Positions 20,165 to 29,189 of a stretch of DNA of 48,927 nt are shown in pieces. Numbering within the stretch: the stretch's first letter is position 1; the number at the start of each line of letters is the position of its first letter. Source of the DNA: a virus (lineage: Duplodnaviria; Caudoviricetes). The notes under the pieces were generated by a model, which saw nothing but the letters and a program-made list of their open reading frames with translations, searched no databases and was not told where the DNA came from. Position numbers and translations under genes: made by a program. Where the stretch lies: positions 1-48,927 of IMG/VR virus record IMGVR_UViG_3300035211_000002. One strand, written 5' to 3'.

Positions 20165-20968
20165 ATGTACCTTACAGCAACTGACAAAACACTAGAAGCA
20201 GTAAGTGATGCCACTGCAACCACTACAGAACCTACTGTAGTTATTGATTACGTTGACATCACTACATCTGCATTTACTCCGGGTGCTTCTTTGACTTCTC
20301 TTAATGGCACTACCACTGCAACTATTGTATCTGCTCCTGCCTCCAGTACGTATAGACAAATTAAGTATATTAATATCTACAATGCAGATACTGTAGACCA
20401 TATTGTAACTGTTAAACACGATGATAATGGAACAGAACGTATCCTATGGATGGGTAATATTGCTTCTAGTAATACTTTATTTTGGACACCAGAACAAGGT
20501 TGGCTGAATACGTCAGATATAGTCAATAGTAGATATAGTGGTTGCCATCTTTATTTATCATCAAATCTAACAGCACAAGATTTCTCTACCGCTGCTGCTA
20601 TTTCCTTTGATTCAGAAACACATGATACGGATAACTACCACGATAATTCTACTAATAATAGTCGTATTACTATTCCCTCAGGAGTTCGTAAAGTAATGCT
20701 ATTTGGTAATGTTAACATAGGTAGTTTTACAGCAGATGAGTCGGCTATTTTACAAATAACCAAAAATGGCTCGGTGTTTAATGGGCCATCTAATCAACAA
20801 GAAAACGGAACAACAGGTAATAGAATTAGTACTGGTGGTGGGCCATTTGATGTAAGCTCTGGTGATTATTTTGAATTAGAGCTAGATACTGAAGCAGATA
20901 CATCCATACTTATTGAAAATAATCGTACTTACTTTGGCTGTATAGCAATAGATCATAGCTTAAATTAA
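20165..20968 (+). CDS. Second fibre/adhesin subunit, C1q-like C-terminus
   Basis: ISFDSETHDTDNYHD...RITIPSG...VSSGDYFEL pattern. Confidence 0.6.
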   Translation: MYLTATDKTLEAVSDATATTTEPTVVIDYVDITTSAFTPGASLTSLNGTTTATIVSAPASSTYRQIKYINIYNADTVDHIVTVKHDDNGTERILWMGNIASSNTLFWTPEQGWLNTSDIVNSRYSGCHLYLSSNLTAQDFSTAAAISFDSETHDTDNYHDNSTNNSRITIPSGVRKVMLFGNVNIGSFTADESAILQITKNGSVFNGPSNQQENGTTGNRISTGGGPFDVSSGDYFELELDTEADTSILIENNRTYFGCIAIDHSLN

Positions 20969-21921
20969 AATACATCATCCCAAGAACCTTTAGTAGCAGC
21001 TTTAGAATACTCAGTAGCCCGTGTCTCGAAGAAGTTTGCATGTTCTATACCGTTGAGCATGTCATCCATCCAAGGGAGCGGGTTACTTATTTCAGGATAC
21101 ATATTCCTTAGACCTAGTTGTGATAGCCTACGATTAGCAATATACCTAATATAACTAGCAACGGCATCATGACCCAATCCCTCGACATCGCCCATCTCGA
21201 ATGCAAGTTTAATGAATGCTTCTTCATGTGACACGATGGTAGCGCATGCTTCATAGATAGCAGCTTCTGTCTCTGGCGTAAAAGCCTGTGGAAATTCTTT
21301 TTTCCATTCATGAAATAGCCTCACAATACTATTAGTATGAAGTGTCTCGTCACGTACAGACCATGTAATAATTTGTCCCATACCCTTCATCTTATTAAAG
21401 CGAGGGAAGTTTAGTAGCATAGCAAATGAAGCAAAGAGTTGTAGTCCTTCCGTAAATCCACCAAAGACTGCTAAAGTTTTAAGTACGTCCTCTGGGGTAG
21501 AAACGCCCCACTGCTGCATATAATCATACTTGTCCTTCATCTCCTTGTAATGTAGAAAGGCTTCGTACTCTGCTTCTGGCATGCCGATAGTATCTAGGAG
21601 ATGGGAGTACGCAGCTACGTGTACAGTTTCCATGTTACTGAAAGCACTAAGCATCATCTGTATCTCAGTAGGTTTGAACACCTGAGCATACTTCTTCATG
21701 TAGCAGTTATTAACTTCAACGTCTGCTTGGACGAAGAACCTAAAGATTTGTGTCAATAGATTCCTCTCCTTGTCATCCAAGTTATACTTCCAATCACGTA
21801 CATCATCAGCCATAGGTACTTCTTCAGGCAGCCAATGAATACGCTGTTGCTGTAGCCATGCATCGTATGCCCAAGGGAATTCAAAGGGTTTATAGCTTGT
21901 GCGCTCTCTAATCAAACTCAT
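20965..21921 (-). CDS. nrdB: Ribonucleotide reductase class Ia beta subunit
   Basis: WLPEEV, QADVEV, ETVHVAAY, EGLQLF, RDETLH, NFFETRATEY. Confidence 0.96.
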   Translation of the reverse strand: MSLIRERTSYKPFEFPWAYDAWLQQQRIHWLPEEVPMADDVRDWKYNLDDKERNLLTQIFRFFVQADVEVNNCYMKKYAQVFKPTEIQMMLSAFSNMETVHVAAYSHLLDTIGMPEAEYEAFLHYKEMKDKYDYMQQWGVSTPEDVLKTLAVFGGFTEGLQLFASFAMLLNFPRFNKMKGMGQIITWSVRDETLHTNSIVRLFHEWKKEFPQAFTPETEAAIYEACATIVSHEEAFIKLAFEMGDVEGLGHDAVASYIRYIANRRLSQLGLRNMYPEISNPLPWMDDMLNGIEHANFFETRATEYSKAATKGSWDDVF

Positions 21922-22112
21922 ATGCTCTTTATCTCTTCTAGTTCTTCAATCCTAATACGCAAATTAATAATGGTATCCATAGCCCTGTACAGTGTGCTAC
22001 AGTGCAGTCCATCTATAGGTTCTGCCTCCCCAGCCATAGGAGTACCATCCCAATCCGTAGTATAATTTTCTAACTCGTCAACTATATCATTGGCAACTGA
22101 GACATTCGTCAT
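21918..22112 (-). CDS. Small hypothetical protein between nrdA and nrdB
   Basis: Fills the gap, overlapping both neighbours; start likely MTNVSV. Confidence 0.55.
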   Translation of the reverse strand: MTNVSVANDIVDELENYTTDWDGTPMAGEAEPIDGLHCSTLYRAMDTIINLRIRIEELEEIKSI

Positions 22113-23790
22113 AATCAACAATCCTTTCATCACTTTCTGCACGTTGCAGGGACATACTCCGACAGTAGTACAGAGATTTCAGGCCCTTCTCCCATGCCAT
22201 AACGTGCAAACCATGCAAGTCTTTCTTATGAATATCAGCAGGAATAAATAGATTTACAGACTGAGACTGATCAATGTAAGGAGTACGGTCGCTAGCGTGT
22301 TCAATAATCCAACGCTGATCCAGCTCAAACGCTGTGCGGAAGACAGCTTTCTCGTCATCAGAAAGGTAATCAAGATGTTGTACACTACCGCCATTAGTAA
22401 CAATGGACTTCCAAGTATCAGAGTCATCATGTCCTTTTCTCCCTAGCAAATCTTTAAGGTACTTGTTCTTAACAGCAAAAGAACCACTAAGAGTCTTGTG
22501 TGTAAATGCATTGGCCACGATAGGTTCGATACCCGGCGATGTTCCACCACATATAACGGAGATGTTAGCCGTTGGTGCAATCGCTGTCTTACACGCAAAT
22601 CGTTCCTCAACACCGTAATCCTTAGCATCAGGACAAGGACCACGCAACTTAGCCAATGCTTTACTTGCTTCATCTGTTTCTTTCTTAATGTGTTGGAATA
22701 TTACTTTGTTCCATGTCTTTGCCATAACTCCTTCAAACGGAACCATGTTTTGCTGAAGAAAGGAATGGAATCCCATAACTCCAAGACCAACACTCCGATC
22801 CCGAATAGCACTAAAAACGGCGCGAGACATGGTATCAGGAGCACGATCAATAAAGTCTTGAAGAACATTATCAAGGAATACCATAACGTCAAAGATAAAG
22901 TCTTTATCATTGTGCCACTCATTCCATTTCTCCAAGTTAAGTGAGGCTAGGCAACATACTGCTGTGCGCTCCTCATTAGTAGGTAGTGTAATCTCAGAAC
23001 AGAGGTTGCTAGTATTAACAGACAGTCCCGCTTTCTTCTGGTACCAAGGCATGGCTTCAGTAACTCTGTCCTTGAATACCATGTATGGCTCACCAGTCTC
23101 CAACCTAGCTACTAGCATCTTAATCCAGAGTGCACGAGCAGACAACTTCTCCACAACATTACCATCTTTAGGAGACTTAAGTTCCCACTGCCCATCTTCT
23201 AACACAGCCTTCATGAAATCATCAGTAATCATGATACCATGGTGTAGGTTCAGTGCTTTACGATTAGGATCACCACCTGTCGGACGCCTGATATCAATAA
23301 ACTCTTCTATTTCCGGGTGGCTGATATCTAGATACACGGCAGCAGAGCCGCGTCGTAGCGAGCCTTGAGAGATGGCAAGTGTCTGAGAATCCATAACCTT
23401 AATGAACGGGATAATACCGGAAGTATAACCGACACAGCCAACAGACTCCCCAATAGAACGCAGATTACCCCAATACGTACCAATTCCACCGCCTCGTGCA
23501 GCAAGCCAAACGTTTTCATTCCATGTCTCCACGATACCTTCTAGTGAGTCATTAACTTCATTTAGGAAACAACTAATAGGCAACCCTCTTGTAGTCCCAC
23601 CATTGCTAAGAATAGGAGTAGCAGGCATAAACCAAAGGTTACAAAGATAACTATGCAGCCGCTCATAATGAGCATTATCGCTTGCATAAGCTCTAGCCAC
23701 TCTCTTAAAAAGGTCTTCATAGTCTTCACCCTTATCCAAGTACCTGTCCTTCAAGACAGCCTTACCAAAGTCAGTCAGTTGTATTGTCAT
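22087..23790 (-). CDS. nrdA: Ribonucleotide reductase class Ia alpha subunit, no ATP cone
   Basis: PATPILSN, PISCFL, SNLCSEI, AIAPTA, LKSLYYCR and C-terminal CLSCQ. Confidence 0.96.
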   Translation of the reverse strand: MTIQLTDFGKAVLKDRYLDKGEDYEDLFKRVARAYASDNAHYERLHSYLCNLWFMPATPILSNGGTTRGLPISCFLNEVNDSLEGIVETWNENVWLAARGGGIGTYWGNLRSIGESVGCVGYTSGIIPFIKVMDSQTLAISQGSLRRGSAAVYLDISHPEIEEFIDIRRPTGGDPNRKALNLHHGIMITDDFMKAVLEDGQWELKSPKDGNVVEKLSARALWIKMLVARLETGEPYMVFKDRVTEAMPWYQKKAGLSVNTSNLCSEITLPTNEERTAVCCLASLNLEKWNEWHNDKDFIFDVMVFLDNVLQDFIDRAPDTMSRAVFSAIRDRSVGLGVMGFHSFLQQNMVPFEGVMAKTWNKVIFQHIKKETDEASKALAKLRGPCPDAKDYGVEERFACKTAIAPTANISVICGGTSPGIEPIVANAFTHKTLSGSFAVKNKYLKDLLGRKGHDDSDTWKSIVTNGGSVQHLDYLSDDEKAVFRTAFELDQRWIIEHASDRTPYIDQSQSVNLFIPADIHKKDLHGLHVMAWEKGLKSLYYCRSMSLQRAESDERIVDYDECLSCQ

Positions 23791-23933
23791 ACTAGGCAAA
23801 CCTGTTGTTCCAGAAGAATCCCCATACCAGTACTTGTATATTTAACGTCTTCAATATCGTGGTTATCGTAATCTACAACATTAAAATCATCTGGATATTC
23901 CTGTAGTTTTTCAATTAATTCTTTAACAGTCAT
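23787..23933 (-). CDS. Small hypothetical protein
   Basis: MTVKELIEKLQEYPDD, a common phage small-protein start; ATGA overlap with nrdA. Confidence 0.65.
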   Translation of the reverse strand: MTVKELIEKLQEYPDDFNVVDYDNHDIEDVKYTSTGMGILLEQQVCLV

Positions 23934-24066
23934 CTTGAGCATCCTTATTTTCTTTCTGCATAAGCTCAATAATCCTAGCTTGCCTATTCAAAGTATCTAT
24001 CATCTTATTGTACTGATCCAAAGGAATAGCAATACACACATCCTTACTGTCTACAGGCTCATTCAT
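23923..24066 (-). CDS. 47-aa hypothetical protein (not in ORF track)
   Basis: MNEPVDSKDVCIAIPLDQYNKM...; tiles between neighbouring genes. Confidence 0.55.
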   Translation of the reverse strand: MNEPVDSKDVCIAIPLDQYNKMIDTLNRQARIIELMQKENKDAQDDC

Positions 24067-24250
24067 TTTCCACATCTTCAATCCTTATCTTCTTACGTTT
24101 GTACTCTTGTTTCTTAGCAGGTTTAATACGCTGCCTATACCTATCATCTTGTAGATCACGAGCAAACTTATTCTTGCGCCTTAGTCTGCGCCGCTCCTTA
24201 GCATCAAAGATGCGTGAACCCTTTCGGTTCTTATCATCCTGCGTCTTCAT
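24059..24250 (-). CDS. Small very basic protein
   Basis: Arg/Lys-rich, NKFARDL....YRQRI motif; GAGG RBS. Confidence 0.65.
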   Translation of the reverse strand: MKTQDDKNRKGSRIFDAKERRRLRRKNKFARDLQDDRYRQRIKPAKKQEYKRKKIRIEDVENE

Positions 24251-24410
24251 CCTCTAGTTCAGCCTCTACCATAATGATAATCTGTTCTTGTTTACTGTCT
24301 GACAGTGTATTCCAAATAGCAAACAGCAAGTCTTCTGTATCCAGTTCGGTTAGATCAAGTAGCTCGTCTGGGTCCATATTATAGATGATCCAATTCCATA
24401 CACGCGTCAT
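24234..24410 (-). CDS. 58-aa acidic hypothetical protein (not in ORF track)
   Basis: MTRVWNWIIYNMDPDELLDLTELDTEDLL...; GGAG RBS, TAATG overlap. Confidence 0.65.
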   Translation of the reverse strand: MTRVWNWIIYNMDPDELLDLTELDTEDLLFAIWNTLSDSKQEQIIIMVEAELEDEDAG

Positions 24411-24700
24411 TACAATTCTCCTATAGAAATAGGACAGTACTCAGGCACTTTTATATCTTCAATAGAAATAGTAAATTCTAAACTGCTTTTTGCACTTCTT
24501 TTAGCATTTTTAAACATAATTTGTTCGACTGATTGGTTTTTCTGCCGTTCAAGATACTTTGCACGATTTTTTATATAATAGCCTTTGGCTAGTAATGCCG
24601 CACACTTTTTACAATAACTCGATCCAGTGGGTCTAGATACACTCTTAGAGTATTCCTCATTATTCTTAATACATTTACACTTTAAACATACTCTGTTCAT
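24410..24700 (-). pseudogene. Truncated HNH-type homing endonuclease (N-terminal Zn domain only)
   Basis: CxxC...CxxC, then AKRSAK..LEFTISIEDIKVPEYCPI and a stop before any nuclease motif; AT-rich. Confidence 0.6.
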
Positions 24701-24701
24701 G

Positions 24702-24866
24702 CTACACCATCTCTTTTAGACGTTTACGGACTTCTTCTTTAGTTACATGTGGGTTACAATCCACCATCTGTCCGTAAACCCAAGATACCTTTTGTTCAAA
24801 AATTTCTTCTGGTGTCATCTTGTGTTTGGCTGCTTTCTTTAGCAACTCTTCTAATTCTTTATTCAT
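24702..24866 (-). CDS. 54-aa hypothetical protein (not in ORF track)
   Basis: MNKELEELLKKAAKHKMTPEEIFEQKVSWVYG...; ATGA overlap. Confidence 0.65.
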   Translation of the reverse strand: MNKELEELLKKAAKHKMTPEEIFEQKVSWVYGQMVDCNPHVTKEEVRKRLKEMV

Positions 24867-25630
24867 TCTCCATACTCTTTAATCAAATTGCCTAGTGTAA
24901 TAAATGTAGGATCGTACTCACCATTACGTACGTTGTCCTTCCAGATCACACCACGCCAATGTTCATTACCTAGACCTGCTCTGTACTCTTCATCATGCAT
25001 ATAGTATGCACCAGCCTGAACCCCCCATACTTGACGACCATCACCAGTAAAGTGACAGAATACGTCTAGTGTAGGCTTATGCCCACAAGTAACAGAGTGC
25101 ATCAAATCCAGTACAGCAGCACGTACAGATGCTTTAGGATTATTACTGTTTCTATTCTTAACGTAGTGTACGTATCCTACACCATCAATGAAGTATGTCT
25201 GCAAGAACGGAATAACCTTCCAACCAAACTCTTCGTATTCTAGATCACGCATACTAATGACACCATCGTACTCAGGTGAGAGTTCAGTGGCACGATCAAT
25301 ACGGTTCTCATGATTACCCAAGATCATAGTCATCTCAGGCTTGTATATCTTGACCTTATTACGACGCTGATGCTCCTGTAGTTCATGGAGTGGTTGTAGT
25401 AGTGTCTCCATAGCGGCTACAGCAGCTTGTGTATCCTTACGATATCGCCTACCTTCAAAGCTACGATGTCCCTTATCGTATGAGGACAAGGATGGCATGT
25501 CAGCAAAGTCACCGAGGCAGATAATCTTGTCTGGTTGTTTGTCAACAATGAACTTACCAAGGGCTTTTAGATGCTTGGTAGGTACACCATCCTTAACCTG
25601 TACATCAGGGATGACTAGATGTGTACTCAT
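24863..25630 (-). CDS. Calcineurin-like metallophosphoesterase
   Basis: IPDVQ, LGDFAD, GNHE, GH motifs; start MSTHLVIPD. Confidence 0.88.
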   Translation of the reverse strand: MSTHLVIPDVQVKDGVPTKHLKALGKFIVDKQPDKIICLGDFADMPSLSSYDKGHRSFEGRRYRKDTQAAVAAMETLLQPLHELQEHQRRNKVKIYKPEMTMILGNHENRIDRATELSPEYDGVISMRDLEYEEFGWKVIPFLQTYFIDGVGYVHYVKNRNSNNPKASVRAAVLDLMHSVTCGHKPTLDVFCHFTGDGRQVWGVQAGAYYMHDEEYRAGLGNEHWRGVIWKDNVRNGEYDPTFITLGNLIKEYGE

Positions 25631-25773
25631 TAGGCACCCCACCAAAATACAAGGACAAGGGGGCCAAGACCAAATGTAAGAAAGGTTTCAATTTCGAAAA
25701 CATCTAGCTCAATACCAAGTTTCCAAAATCGCCAACCTGTAAATTCTAAATCAACTCTAGGAATAGCAGTCAT
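25630..25773 (-). CDS. 47-aa hydrophobic hypothetical protein (not in ORF track)
   Basis: MTAIPRVDLEFTGWRFWKLG...LVLVFWWGA; overlaps both neighbours. Confidence 0.55.
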   Translation of the reverse strand: MTAIPRVDLEFTGWRFWKLGIELDVFEIETFLTFGLGPLVLVFWWGA

Positions 25774-25997
25774 TCTGTTTCTCCGTAATGTATTTCAAGC
25801 CATAGCTGAGCACAGTGCACAATCTTCTCAATGTCCAACCTATGATCCTCAATGTCCCCTTTACGTCCTGCTCTAGTAGCGTACTTAACAATGCTATGAG
25901 CTAGAGGTGTGAGGTTGTTCTTCTCACTGTACACCATAGGCTGAATAGCTAAAGAATGATAATGATTTCCACCTACCTGTTTGTCTAAAGCGCTCAT
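25770..25997 (-). CDS. DUF3310 family (T7 gp1.7 nucleotide kinase-like)
   Basis: QVGGNHY...IQP...IVKYATRAGRKG...DIEK. Confidence 0.8.
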   Translation of the reverse strand: MSALDKQVGGNHYHSLAIQPMVYSEKNNLTPLAHSIVKYATRAGRKGDIEDHRLDIEKIVHCAQLWLEIHYGETE

Positions 25998-26014
25998 TTT
26001 AAACTCCTCAAATA

Positions 26015-26308
26015 TTATGTTTTCCTTCTAGAACTGAAAGTTCGCGCATCTTTGATGCTTATGTACTTTGTATGCAGAAATGTAGCAGCAAGACAACCAA
26101 GACTAGCACCTGTACCCATAGCTAACACTAGCTTTAGACCAAAGCCATTCATAGCAATAGCAGCTACTACGTATACTTCAATCAAAGCCATAGCGAATGA
26201 CGTAGGCACAATCCATTTGTAACAATTAAATGCTACATTACGCTGTTGCCAACTTTTAAGAAACACAAAGACTAGACTAGCAAGTGCTATTAGGATATAG
26301 TGCATCAT
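26015..26308 (-). CDS. Small membrane protein (3 hydrophobic segments)
   Basis: FVFLKSWQQRNV...G.G.SLGCL hydrophobic pattern. Confidence 0.65.
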   Translation of the reverse strand: MMHYILIALASLVFVFLKSWQQRNVAFNCYKWIVPTSFAMALIEVYVVAAIAMNGFGLKLVLAMGTGASLGCLAATFLHTKYISIKDARTFSSRRKT

Positions 26309-26862
26309 TTCTTTTTCTTTCTACGGCGCTTAGGTTTCTTTTTATCTTCAGGAACGTATAATCCAGTCCCCTGTGCCAAATATTCTGCTGCTTGTCTGTA
26401 CCGCTCAGGATCACGATGTCTTCCTATAAACCGACTATTACAGTAATTGCAAAGTAAGCCCCTTATTTCTCCTGTATTATGATCGTGGTCTACGTGTAAC
26501 GATCTTTTCTCATTACTCTCATGCTTTTTACAAACTGCGCATCTGTAATCTTGATCTTTTAGTATCTTATTATACTGATCTAAAGTGATACCATACATGT
26601 ATTTTAACATTGCGTTACGTCTTAGATCAGGTTTTACCTTATTAGCCTGCCGTGCTAGTGCATTCTTACGTCGTTTGTACTCAGGTTTTTTTCTGTACTC
26701 TCGTTGCCATTCAGCTATTTTTTCCCTGTTATCCTCTCTATACTTTTTAGCTCTTAATTTGTTACAATTTTTGCATTCATCAGCAAAGCCATCTTTCTTT
26801 GCCCTGTTTTTATAAAACTCTGTTAAAGCTTTTTCTTCATTACAAGAGTAACAAACCTTCAT
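26305..26862 (-). CDS. Endonuclease VII-family nuclease with N-terminal Zn domain
   Basis: YGITLDQY...Q...CAVC...LHVDHDH.TG.IRGLLCNYCN. Confidence 0.88.
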   Translation of the reverse strand: MKVCYSCNEEKALTEFYKNRAKKDGFADECKNCNKLRAKKYREDNREKIAEWQREYRKKPEYKRRKNALARQANKVKPDLRRNAMLKYMYGITLDQYNKILKDQDYRCAVCKKHESNEKRSLHVDHDHNTGEIRGLLCNYCNSRFIGRHRDPERYRQAAEYLAQGTGLYVPEDKKKPKRRRKKKK

Positions 26863-27710
26863 AGCAATTCCTCAACACGAGGTTCATCTACAACCTTAGC
26901 TAAAAAGACAGGACGACCAGAATAAAGAAATGTTCTCAATCCTGCTCCATCATTAGCGTCTTTATAACACTCTGCCTTAAACGGGCAGTACGAGCAGGAC
27001 ACCCCTAATTTAAGATTACCTTTCTTGTTATGGGGTTCAAGTTCATAGGGCCTATTAGGGGGTATATCCTTGGTTACTACTTCTTTAAGATATTGTACCC
27101 TAGCCTCACTATCCTTCATGTCTTTAGATTCAAGTTTAAACAAAGCTAGACGGCCAAGTTCTTTGGCAATAGCTAGATTATAAGCAGAGGATTTATCTAC
27201 ATCATCAGAGCCGTGCACGTAAGCAGACAATTGATCAATATAACCGAAGCTATCATCTTCTGCTACTGTGCCGCTAGCAAACTTCTGAAATCCATACTTA
27301 CTAGCAGACTTAATATCGACAACATGACCGTCAATTACACAATCTCGGTGGCCGAGTACTCCGTTAACGGTTACTTCATCTTGCTCACCACGAACTTCAT
27401 GTCCAGCCATTTTAGAAAGACAAATAACAAGTGCTTCTAGAAGGTCGCCGAAAATAAACTTAATGCGTGTCGCCGGGCCTATCTTCTCACCGCCATAACC
27501 TTTATATTGATACCAGATTTTACGTTCACACTGACCAATACTAGAGAGACGCAAGCCACGGTGTTCCTCGTCCTTGTTAGCAATCAACCTACGCTTAAGC
27601 TGTTCACCAATCTCCTTAGCCATCTGGTCAATATGCTCAGCATCCTCTTCGAAGGCACCCTTGTCTACTACGTCATAAATGTCCTGTACTAGTGTATCAA
27701 TCTTCTTCAT
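26859..27710 (-). CDS. PD-(D/E)XK exonuclease (Cas4-like fold)
   Basis: LRLSSIGQCERKIWY, GHRD, VDIKSAS, QLSAY, CSYCPFKAEC; start MKKIDTLV. Confidence 0.85.
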   Translation of the reverse strand: MKKIDTLVQDIYDVVDKGAFEEDAEHIDQMAKEIGEQLKRRLIANKDEEHRGLRLSSIGQCERKIWYQYKGYGGEKIGPATRIKFIFGDLLEALVICLSKMAGHEVRGEQDEVTVNGVLGHRDCVIDGHVVDIKSASKYGFQKFASGTVAEDDSFGYIDQLSAYVHGSDDVDKSSAYNLAIAKELGRLALFKLESKDMKDSEARVQYLKEVVTKDIPPNRPYELEPHNKKGNLKLGVSCSYCPFKAECYKDANDGAGLRTFLYSGRPVFLAKVVDEPRVEELL

Positions 27711-27891
27711 TATAATACAAATCCCAAAGATATTCTTTCTCAAAATCGTAATCAATAAAGTCAACAGCTATAAGATAACTATATACTTCTCTTACATGAA
27801 TAGGATCAACACCAGTTAATCTTGCAATGTCTTCAATGAAACGTTCTTGTCCTTCTTTATACCAATCACCAAACATCTCTAGTTGCTCCAT
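27697..27891 (-). CDS. Small acidic hypothetical protein
   Basis: Tiles within the replication operon. Confidence 0.6.
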   Translation of the reverse strand: MEQLEMFGDWYKEGQERFIEDIARLTGVDPIHVREVYSYLIAVDFIDYDFEKEYLWDLYYNEED

Positions 27892-28112
27892 TATTCTGCA
27901 ATCGTTGCTAGTTTACAAAGCTCAGCTACATACACGATGGTTGCTTTATCTGCTACTGAATTATGGAAGTGCCAGTCACCATCATCTTCACTGAGGCCCA
28001 TAAGGATTACCTTACTGTAGTTGCACTCTTCTACAATACCTTCAAGCATCTTCTTAGGATCAATGTCCAAGGTAGTGTAGCCAGTAAAGTCTACAATATT
28101 ATCTTCAGTCAT
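27891..28112 (-). CDS. Small hypothetical protein
   Basis: NIVDFTG.TTLDIDP..ML motif; tiles within the operon. Confidence 0.65.
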   Translation of the reverse strand: MTEDNIVDFTGYTTLDIDPKKMLEGIVEECNYSKVILMGLSEDDGDWHFHNSVADKATIVYVAELCKLATIAE

Positions 28113-28389
28113 TTACTAGTACATACACAATTGATGCAACTTCTTTAGGCTCTACTTCATAGCACTCGACTTCATCACCGGCTTCGTCAAATGTACCACA
28201 GTCTTCTTGAATTTCTGTAAGACCTACTTCATAATCAAATGCATAATACTTATCATCAAATTTAAAAACTAATCTACGAAATTCCATCCATCTAGAACTA
28301 TCTTGATGTTCATCTTCAATAAGAATATAACCATCGAATGAGCCGAAGGCAAGTTCTTGAATGTCTTTTGTAGGAAACTTTCTTTTCAT
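28105..28389 (-). CDS. Hypothetical protein
   Basis: AGGAGG RBS; SSRW...VF...Y...GLTE.QE motif. Confidence 0.7.
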   Translation of the reverse strand: MKRKFPTKDIQELAFGSFDGYILIEDEHQDSSRWMEFRRLVFKFDDKYYAFDYEVGLTEIQEDCGTFDEAGDEVECYEVEPKEVASIVYVLVND

Positions 28390-28396
28390 GCTAACC

Positions 28397-28431
28397 TCCT
28401 AGTATGAGCAGTTTAAAGTCATACTCAGGAC
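28397..28431 (-). promoter_or_regulatory. Structured RNA element between ssb and the next RBS
   Basis: UCCU-G-AGUAUGA/UCAUACU-AGGA hairpin; alternative GUC/GAC plus GAGUA/UGCUC pseudoknot. Confidence 0.5.
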
Positions 28432-28437
28432 AACAAG

Positions 28438-28920
28438 TTATACAGCTACTTCGTCATCGTAGAAGTCACCACCAAGACCGGAATAGAGTTCTTCACTCTC
28501 TTCATCACCGTCCTTCTCGTACACTACGAGGTCATGGATAACACCCTTGACCAACTGAGCACCAACAAACTTCTTCTTGTTGAACTCTGATTCGTACGTA
28601 GAAATCTGGAACTTACCGATGGTTTCGTTACCAACTGTACTAAGTGTATCCTCAGATACTTCACTACCATCCTTGTATGTAAACCTAGTGATAGGATACT
28701 TAGACTTGACAGTGATGTACTTACCACGATCAAACTCAGGCTCTTCCTTGTTCTCGTCCTTGACAGTAAGACCAAGACTCTCAAGCTTCTTCACGTCAGT
28801 CTTGGACAGCCTACTAAGATCGAACTGATACTTCTCAGATAGGTTATTAGGTCGCATGAGAAAGGGCCAGATGATAGTCCCTACAACTACGACGCTTTTA
28901 ACTTCTTCTTTATTAGCCAT
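28438..28920 (-). CDS. ssb: Single-stranded DNA-binding protein (T7 gp2.5-like)
   Basis: G...W..L..PN....KYQ, VGN, DLVVY and an acidic C-terminal tail. Confidence 0.72.
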   Translation of the reverse strand: MANKEEVKSVVVVGTIIWPFLMRPNNLSEKYQFDLSRLSKTDVKKLESLGLTVKDENKEEPEFDRGKYITVKSKYPITRFTYKDGSEVSEDTLSTVGNETIGKFQISTYESEFNKKKFVGAQLVKGVIHDLVVYEKDGDEESEELYSGLGGDFYDDEVAV

Positions 28921-29189
28921 TAATTAATCCTTCCATATTCTTGCATCTCGTTAAAGTTAGGTAGACTAAAAGCTCTAGTGTACAGTGCTTCTAATGCTTG
29001 CTCTAGATTATCACCAAAGACTTCCTTTAGCTCTTCCTCTGTCTTCTCGTCTCCATTAAGGTAGAAGTGTGGATCGTCAGCATCTATTATAAATCCCTCT
29101 GATAGCTGTTCATACACAGCCTCTCCCATAAGTTCCAGTACGTAGTCCGTACCTTGTTGTTTAATTTTTATTTGTGCGTAGACTATTAT
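28920..29189 (-). CDS. Hypothetical protein; ATA start at 29189 proposed (first ATG at 29129)
   Basis: Frame open to 29189; GAGGAG lies 5 nt upstream of the ATA. Confidence 0.55.
   Translation of the reverse strand: MIVYAQIKIKQQGTDYVLELMGEAVYEQLSEGFIIDADDPHFYLNGDEKTEEELKEVFGDNLEQALEALYTRAFSLPNFNEMQEYGRIN

Noticed and set aside
22910-23368. Antisense ORFs over nrdA and similar shadows (e.g. 1947-2285, 16378-16830, 32737-33135, 43454-44068)
   Set aside because: Opposite well-supported genes, no recognisable motifs; typical shadow frames
26859-27710. Cas4-like nuclease as a sign of a CRISPR system
   Set aside because: No repeat-spacer array or other cas genes; this nuclease type is common in replication modules of such phages
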